A DNA stretch of 64,000 nt, from the IMG/VR virus record IMGVR_UViG_3300050821_005035, positions 1-64,000 of that record. One strand, 5' to 3'. The stretch comes from a virus. The translations under genes were made by a program, and so were the position numbers. The notes below the pieces were generated by a model that saw only the letters and a list, made by a program, of their open reading frames with translations, was not told the DNA's origin and did no database searches. Below, piece after piece: positions 57,679 to 64,000 of this stretch. Each line of letters starts with the position of its first letter. Position 1 is the first letter of the stretch.

Positions 57679-59589
57679 TCATAGTCCCAGCCCGGCATTT
57701 AAAATTACGATCTCGGAGTCTGATAACACGCGCGTTGGCGGTATTCTGTCGGTTAACTTTCTTATTGCTCTCCTGGTGCGCTTGTCTTGGAATGACATTC
57801 GTGTTTCGCCTTTCAGCTGGTCATTCTCAGGCATACGGGAGAATGCCGCGCGAATCAAGTTAATCTCTGCCTGGGATAATTCTACGATGAATGCTGGGTT
57901 CATCCGGTCACCGCCGACAGTTCGATATTGTACACCTTGCTGCCGTCGGTCAAGGTTTCCTCGACCAGTTTCAGCTTGACGCTGTCGGAGTTAATGGTAA
58001 CGTACGTGGTGTCATCATACATCGAAGGACATCCGAGTAAGTCTTCCAGTGCCTCGATAAGTTCCTTAGCCGTTGTTGCTCGTGCGGTGTCGATCAGCTT
58101 TTTGCTCATCCTCGTATTCCTTTCCACAAATAGAACAGAACGATTTTGATTGCGAAGAGAACCACGATGCGCTTATCCGTTGACATAAGCCACCACTTCC
58201 CACCGGCCAGACTCCATACGGTAAAAGGATGCGGTCAGCCAGAGGCCTTCTCCGATTTCTTCGTGAATTCCTTCATCCGCCCACGTGCCTAAGGAAGAGA
58301 CAACGTCAAAGTCGTGCAGGCCGAGGATAGAGTTAATCTGGTAGAGAGGAACGCCGTCGTGGTAGGTGAGGCCGAGCTTGTGCAGGTCGGCGTTAACGGC
58401 CTGTTTACGTGCCCTCAGGCTTGGAATTTTTGCTTTGCAGTTGGTGCAGAGTGTCATGGTCAGTTGCCTCCGTCGTAAGGCTTGACTACGCCGAAAAATA
58501 CCATCGCGTCGAAGGTGTGGGTCATCACATTGACCTTAAGGTCCTGGACGGCTATGTCCAGCTGGCGGTTCATCTCGTGGATAGCAGCGGGGTGCGCGAG
58601 GGTGCGGATGTCCTTCGCTAACAGCTGCGCGAATAATGAGACGCGAACGACTGAACTAACTGCGTTGTTGTTTTCCATGTTCGTATTCTCTCACCGATCC
58701 CGATTTGTGTCAATGGTACTCGTGTAGTACTTTTGATCGGTACTAATCGACCCAGGTCCCGCAGCAACCTATCTTAGCATCATCGGCCATCGCGCCTAAC
58801 ATCCGGTCGCCCTCCTCGTTGTCGCTGATGCACATAGGCTGAATGTCGACCAGGTCGCCGAGGGTGCCGTTGTCGTTGACTTCGAATTCAAACGTGATGG
58901 GCACAAACTCATCGAGGCCATTGCAAGGCCACGACTGCGCGAACGTTGCGACCTCCGCTGCAGAGTAGCGAACTTTTTGAAAGCCTCGTGCGCTCATGAC
59001 TTCCTCTCTTTCATTGCTCTGGCAATCTGGCCCTCGTCTGGTCTATTGCTCACTTCCAATCGTAGTACGGTGGTGACCTGTTTGCCGTCGGCCCAGGTCT
59101 CTTCGAACTCCCGGCAGGTGCGGCCTGACGCTGCAGCTGAGACAACGAACGCGTTGCGTTGGTCTTGTCCGGCTGGTGTGTTGGGGAAGGTGAAAGTGTC
59201 GGTCATGCTGCCTCCGTCGGGGAAATAGGTGCAACCAGTTTCATTCTCGCGATTGCCGCGTCTGTCTCGGGTGTTGCGTAGCAGCCGCCGATTGAGAAAA
59301 AGTTGGACGGCGATGTGTGGTCAAGCTTGTAGAACGTGTAGGTGCCGCCGAAACGTGTCCGGAATCTAATGTGGTGAACGTCCTTCGGGTCCAATGCCTC
59401 TATCATCGCAACCTGTGTTGCAATCGTTGCGCAGCGCGCACAGTCGATCTCTAGTCCTATAATAGTGGTGTCGGGGAACAGGTTGTAGTTTCCAGAGTAC
59501 TCCTCGTGCCCACAAGACAGATGCGCAACATACACGGTACCGAATCCGCTTGATGTTGGGTGATTGGAGAAGCTGAGAATTTTGCTCAC
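57679..59589 (-). other. Run of short early ORFs (57679-57903, 57900-58109, 58173-58457, 58460-58678, 58743-58997, 58994-59206, 59203-59589)
   Basis: RBSs, ATGA coupling; promoter 58685-58713 (TTGACA-17-GAGAAT). Confidence 0.6.
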
Positions 59590-59645
59590 GTTGTTCCTCA
59601 CTGGTTGCATCGTCTCACGCATCCGGATTTCACGCAATAGTACTA
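59590..59645 (-). promoter_or_regulatory. Repeated promoter-RBS unit, copy 3
   Basis: AGTACTA TTGCGT-17-GACGAT GCAACCAGTGAGGAACAAC GTG. Confidence 0.7.
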
Positions 59646-59807
59646 CTGGCTAATTCTTTGGCCCTCGGATTGCTTGGCATCTTTGGACTCGAACCACTCG
59701 GACACGATGAGTCTGACCAGGTGCGCGACCGAGACCTGGTTGCGGTCGGCTGTGCGCTTGAGTCGGTCGAGCAGTTCAGGCGGCATGTGGAGGAGGAATG
59801 GCTTCAT
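59643..59807 (-). CDS. Ribbon-helix-helix (Arc/CopG-like) protein, 54 aa (not in ORF track)
   Basis: MKPFLLHMPPELLDRLKRTADRNQVSVAHLVRLIVSEWF; ATGA overlap. Confidence 0.75.
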   Translation of the reverse strand: MKPFLLHMPPELLDRLKRTADRNQVSVAHLVRLIVSEWFESKDAKQSEGQRISQ

Positions 59808-60280
59808 TGGAATATGTCCGGCCTCAGGAGCATGTAACGATAGAAGTGGTCGAGTCCTCGCTCTTTCAGAATCCTGTATGGCGGGATGATACCGAATTCT
59901 AGAATCAACTCTTGAGCAGTCGCGATGTGCATTTTTCTCTCTTCGTCCTTGCGCTGCAATCTTGTCTTAGAACCATTTGTGTCGCTACCACACAGCGCAC
60001 ATCGTCTGTTGTATACAGGATGATGCTCATGAATAAGTCTGTCCTCTTCGTTCCTTGCCTCTTCCACGGTCTCGAAGAAGTCGACCGAAACCTGGTCGCA
60101 TTCTGTAAAGGCCTTAGATCGAAGTCCTTCCTTCTTGAGTTTGCCTCTAAGCACTCGGGAATACCCTATAGACGAAGAACCAACGTATGTCGGCTTGCCT
60201 GCCTTGCTGACCACATAAGTGCAGGGAGACCAAAACATGCGTAACGACTCTTTGTCTATTATGGTGTTGCCAGTTCTCAT
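59804..60280 (-). CDS. GIY-YIG domain protein
   Basis: CTY...YVGSS..R...EARNEEDRLI...PVYN; ATG just after the -10 box. Confidence 0.7.
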   Translation of the reverse strand: MRTGNTIIDKESLRMFWSPCTYVVSKAGKPTYVGSSSIGYSRVLRGKLKKEGLRSKAFTECDQVSVDFFETVEEARNEEDRLIHEHHPVYNRRCALCGSDTNGSKTRLQRKDEERKMHIATAQELILEFGIIPPYRILKERGLDHFYRYMLLRPDIFQ

Positions 60281-60287
60281 GTCGGGA

Positions 60288-60316
60288 AGCATAGCAAACC
60301 TATATAGGTTTGTCAA
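60288..60316 (-). promoter_or_regulatory. Promoter with 18-bp palindromic operator in spacer
   Basis: TTGACA-17 bp-TATGCT; CAAACCTATATAGGTTTG at 60295-60312. Confidence 0.75.
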
Positions 60317-61440
60317 CGCCAAACTCGCAGAATTGTGTCCAATATGATACCCCATTTTATGACACCTTGTTGGGGCAGGAAAGTAGAGGACAGTGCCAAA
60401 CACGGTGTCATGAAAGTGGCGGTCTGGGACACGAGCTCGCTGAAACCTATATAGGTCTCGTGGAAGTCAGGTCAATAGTAACTAATTGAACACAAAAAAT
60501 GGTTCACATAAGGATATTCAAGACCTATATAGGTTTGAAACTTCGCGCGTCAGGCCCGGACGCCTTTTCCGTATGACACAATCCAATCGCGCGCTGGTAA
60601 GTCCTTCCGCGTTGATATGTTACGAGCGGATTTTTCCAAAACACGGTGTCATACAGGTCAAATGACACAATCCTGTGACGCGCTCGACCTCCGAATGTCC
60701 GAAAAACTCCCCATTCTTCGAACATAGACACAAAGTGTCAACTCGATCACGTCAGAGCGGCGCCCAAGGTCAAATCATTGCAGTGACCCCAACCGCGATA
60801 CTTTTGACAGCTTGCGGGTGACCTTACCCAGTGACGAATCACTCCGATTCAACCCAACAGAAACACTCGGCACCACGCGCAACCTGCTTAATCTTAAAGA
60901 CTTACAAGATGTGACAACACATGGGCAGCGAGCCGCGATTGTCAGCAAATTCTTAGAGAGCGATTTTCTCGCCGCAACTCCAGCATTTTCAACGATTTCC
61001 CACTTCGGCAACGATCTTGCTCCCCCAGCAAGCCAAGGGCCAAAGCTTAAACCACTGATTCGACGGCATTTAGCCTCGATCTGGCAGTTTGTCATTTAAT
61101 AGTGCATTAATCGCCAACCCTCCTTGCAAGGGTTCGGGCAACGATCTAGGTCTGGGCAGCTGGCCCGAGCATAGAGCGCCGACTTCCTTGGCGCTGTTGA
61201 TATCAAACGACTTACGAAATATTTTCGAGTATGGCCTCGATCTTGCTCCCCCAGCAATTGCATGGCCGGGGGCACTGGCATGCCGCAGTCGCCCCTAGGC
61301 GGCCTCGACCGTCCGCCCACGTATTCGTGGCAAGTGCTCATGTACCCAGGGGATGTCACACCCCCAGGATAAGTACCGCCTTATCTATAGGTTACCCCCG
61401 CCACCCTGCCAGGGGGCGGTCACCAGACCCACCCCGCCTT
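60295..61440. repeat. Repeat-rich divergent intergenic region
   Basis: ACCTATATAGGT x3; AAACACGGTGTCAT x2; TGACACAATCC x2; CGATCTTGCTCCCCCAGCAA x2 (61012, 61239). Confidence 0.8.
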
Positions 61441-61445
61441 TTCTC

Positions 61446-61474
61446 TTGACATAGGCCGGGATGTGTGGTATAGT
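61446..61474 (+). promoter_or_regulatory. Strong sigma70-type promoter for rightward operon
   Basis: TTGACA-17 bp-TATAGT with TGn. Confidence 0.8.
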
Positions 61475-61569
61475 GTTTTCAGTATTCAGAAGTTAGGAAC
61501 GTCCGGCCTGATCTCCGGACGCGCGGTGGGGTGCTCATATCACCCCACTGCCCCTTATATGAGGAGGCT

Positions 61570-61854
61570 GTGATTAGCAACAATTATGTGGAACCCACAA
61601 ACCCGTTCGATGTTATTCTACCTGGCGACCCTGGTTATGTGGAACCCACAAAGTCTAACTATGTGGAACCCACAAAGTCTAACTATGTGGAACCCACAAG
61701 CGACCGGCACAGCACCAAAGGATTCACGGTTCGTGTGGAACCCACAACGAGAGAGCAGATACGAAGGCTCTCCGAGAGAACAGGTTTTTCGACAAACGAC
61801 ATAATCAAGGCATGCATCAAGCGGGCTATGCCTTACCTGGAAGATAAGTTTTAA
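61570..61854 (+). CDS. Ribbon-helix-helix protein with YVEPT repeats
   Basis: GAGGAGG RBS, GTG start; FTVRVEPTTREQIRRLSERTGFSTNDIIKACI. Confidence 0.75.
   Translation: MISNNYVEPTNPFDVILPGDPGYVEPTKSNYVEPTKSNYVEPTSDRHSTKGFTVRVEPTTREQIRRLSERTGFSTNDIIKACIKRAMPYLEDKF
61587..61746. repeat. Five copies of the inverted repeat TGTGG-AAC-CCACA
   Basis: Copies near 61587, 61638, 61662, 61686 (24-bp period) and 61734. Confidence 0.9.
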
Positions 61855-61894
61855 ACACAATCCCCCTAGAAAGTAGGGGATAAGGAAGCACCCA

Positions 61895-62608
61895 ATGGAA
61901 GTCAAACCACAATCGGTCGAGCAGTTCCTCGTCGAGCAGCTGGACAAGATCGCTCCCGGCAGGTATACCCTCGCGAGCGCGCTGCAGCTTTTCAAGACCC
62001 GGCTCCGGTTCCCCTGCAACCACTTGAAGGGCGGCGGGCGCAGGTACTCCCTCCTGTCTCCGGGGAAAGACTACAACATAAGCATCTTCACGTTCCCTAC
62101 CGGCGTCACCGAGATCAAGTGCCTTTACAACTGTGGCCTTAAAGTTCGCAGCGACGAGAAAGAGTTGGTTTCAGCGTACAACGAGATATTCGACCTCCCA
62201 ACGTCCAACTACAAGGCGTCGGCAGAAGTCATAACGCTTATGAAGAACGGCAAAGTTATCCCCTTAGACCCGGGACCCGCGCCGACGTGCTCCGACGACC
62301 ATCGTAAGTGTATTAGGGAATCGAACGAGCTGTTCTTAGAATATCTTGAACGAGGCCTCCGCGACGGACGCATCTTACCGAACAACCAGATTCTCGGCGG
62401 AACTTTTCCTCACCCGGACCCGATTGAGGCGCCGGAATCCAGCCTACCGCGTAAGATAGTCGAACGCTTCCGGAAGATGAAGCAACGCCAGGCTATATTG
62501 AAAGCAACAGCCTCTTTCCAAGATTTAATCCCGGCACTAGAACCAGTGAAAGTTAACACCAAGATTCGAAAGGCCCGTAAGACCCAATCCCGCAAACGCG
62601 GAAAGTAA
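61895..62608 (+). CDS. Hypothetical protein with CNHLKG...C..C motif
   Basis: AAGGA RBS; long ORF on the locally coding strand. Confidence 0.65.
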   Translation: MEVKPQSVEQFLVEQLDKIAPGRYTLASALQLFKTRLRFPCNHLKGGGRRYSLLSPGKDYNISIFTFPTGVTEIKCLYNCGLKVRSDEKELVSAYNEIFDLPTSNYKASAEVITLMKNGKVIPLDPGPAPTCSDDHRKCIRESNELFLEYLERGLRDGRILPNNQILGGTFPHPDPIEAPESSLPRKIVERFRKMKQRQAILKATASFQDLIPALEPVKVNTKIRKARKTQSRKRGK

Positions 62609-62618
62609 GGACTACCCA

Positions 62619-63398
62619 ATGAAAACGAACCTGAAGACAGCCGAACTGCTGGCGAAGCTCCAAGACCGAATCTCCCGCGTTGCGGAAGAGACGGCCAACG
62701 TCGTCGATAAGATCGAAGCCAGGCTCAACAGCACCGACCAGGCCGTTCGCAATATCGGCGGGGTGCTCGAAGTTCTAGACAATCGCGTCACCGAGACCTG
62801 CCAGGTGCTCGAAGTCCTAGACACACGCATTATCGAACTCCGCGACAAGGAATTTGAAGCCAAAAACAACTTCATACGTCTCAACAGCGCCATCGCCTCT
62901 ACAGCCGAGAGAATCGACGAAGTCCGATTCAAGAACGACAAGCGGGAAGAAGCTCAGACCTCCCGGGACCAGTCGAGCGTCCAGTCCATCAAGGAGCTCA
63001 CCGACCGGACCAAGGTAGCATTCGAGAAAGTCCAGAAAGACGTCGATACCCTTAACAAGTCCGACCAAAGATTAGCAGAACGAGTCTACCAACTAGAGAA
63101 CGCCCCGGTCGCCGAAGTCCCGGCCCCCGAGCCGTCCCTCCCGTCTGACCACAAGTGGGTCAACAACAAGCTTGCCAGCGTTTACGAGTACGTGACCGAG
63201 TTGGAGACCAGACTGAGCAAGTTGGAAAACCACACCGTCGGCGTAGACTTCGATTACGGCATCCAGGAACCAACGACAGTTTTTGCTCCTCCAGTCGTCA
63301 GTAAAGAAGGTTTCTGCACAGACACAGCTTGCAGTAATAAGGGATTCAACGAACACTATTTCGGCCCCGGATGCCGTTTCTACACGGTAAAGGGATGA
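62619..63398 (+). CDS. Coiled-coil hypothetical protein
   Basis: AAGGA RBS; heptad pattern; C-terminal Cys/His. Confidence 0.65.
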   Translation: MKTNLKTAELLAKLQDRISRVAEETANVVDKIEARLNSTDQAVRNIGGVLEVLDNRVTETCQVLEVLDTRIIELRDKEFEAKNNFIRLNSAIASTAERIDEVRFKNDKREEAQTSRDQSSVQSIKELTDRTKVAFEKVQKDVDTLNKSDQRLAERVYQLENAPVAEVPAPEPSLPSDHKWVNNKLASVYEYVTELETRLSKLENHTVGVDFDYGIQEPTTVFAPPVVSKEGFCTDTACSNKGFNEHYFGPGCRFYTVKG

Positions 63399-63769
63399 GC
63401 CGCAAGTCCGTCACGATTCTCGGCGTCAAGATTCCACTTTCGAATTTGACCCCGGTGGCGGTCGCCCCAACCGACCCTTATACACACTACTGGATATCGT
63501 CTGACGGGTCGTCGTGTGGTACTTACCTCGGGGCAGCGGGCAGGATGTGCGATTGCGCCCTACGAAGTTTCTGGGAAGGCGATTGCGACTTCTGCCGCGA
63601 CTACCAGGCGCCGCCCGAGCCAGCCAAGAGTTACAACGACTATTGCAACTTCTCCACCTTCGCGGTGGACAACTCTTTCGGAAACGATATCATGGAAGCC
63701 GCTCGCGAGGCGGGCGCGGAGTACGCTCGACGACTCAACAAGCTGGTCGAGTTCGAGGTCGGGATATGA
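63395..63769 (+). CDS. Cys-rich hypothetical protein
   Basis: ATGA coupling at MSRKS. Confidence 0.55.
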   Translation: MSRKSVTILGVKIPLSNLTPVAVAPTDPYTHYWISSDGSSCGTYLGAAGRMCDCALRSFWEGDCDFCRDYQAPPEPAKSYNDYCNFSTFAVDNSFGNDIMEAAREAGAEYARRLNKLVEFEVGI

Positions 63770-63981
63770 ACATATGTCCCGAGCACGGCATAGCGCATTA
63801 TTCTGGCGACCCAGGGCCGCATACTCACGGAGAAGACAAGCCGTGTCTCGCGTGCTTCGCGGAGTACATAGAGTTTAATCACGGCCTGCCAACTTCTCCT
63901 ATGGATTTGGAAGATGAGCTAGAGACGGGGATACACGACAAGAATCCGTCCCTCACGGCGTTGATACGGGACCAGTCATGA
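63766..63981 (+). CDS. Small Cys/His-rich hypothetical protein
   Basis: ATGA coupling at both ends (MNICPEH...). Confidence 0.55.
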   Translation: MNICPEHGIAHYSGDPGPHTHGEDKPCLACFAEYIEFNHGLPTSPMDLEDELETGIHDKNPSLTALIRDQS

Positions 63982-64000
63982 GCAAAAAGAACATCCTCTC

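Noticed and set aside
61587-61746. CRISPR array
   Set aside because: Repeats are 13-15 bp with short, partly identical spacers, in frame inside a CDS; no cas genes
1-64000. Numerous antisense and alternate-frame ORFs in the track (e.g. 6762-7553, 21137-21769, 43592-44116, 60775-61095)
   Set aside because: Shadows of real genes or repeat DNA; no RBS, coupling or motifs

Overview
A 64 kb segment of a tailed-phage genome (integrase present, host not determinable, GC in the mid-50s by eye). + strand 1-9.3 kb: end of the late/virion region, with a partial ejection-type protein, a 2116-aa multidomain polyvalent protein and a glycosyltransferase. - strand 9.3-60.3 kb: one long early/middle region with many small ORFs, tyrosine integrase, fatty-acid hydroxylase, MazG, GH108 endolysin, an ~11.5 kb sugar-nucleotide/glycosyltransferase cluster (gmd, ColD-like dehydratase, RmlC, SDR, TPP alpha/beta pair, GT2/6/11/31), a replication block (PD-(D/E)XK nuclease, UvrD, recombinase-like protein, split family A polymerase, primase-helicase, SSB, DEDDh exonuclease, HD hydrolase, dNMP kinase), an A1-like phosphoesterase and a repeated-promoter early region. 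A repeat-rich ~1.1 kb divergent intergenic region (60.3-61.5 kb) precedes a new + strand operon. Best candidates for new biology: (1) an AT-richer cassette in which one promoter drives an aberrant tRNA with glycine acceptor identity and then a Mom-family DNA-modifying enzyme, possibly a dedicated non-translating aminoacyl donor for DNA modification; (2) a ~315-nt highly structured RNA with its own promoter at 53.5-53.8 kb; (3) the giant virion protein, whose domains are separated by a recurring E-S-Q-I/V-like motif downstream of a metalloprotease domain. All family calls come from motif recognition by eye; no searches were run.
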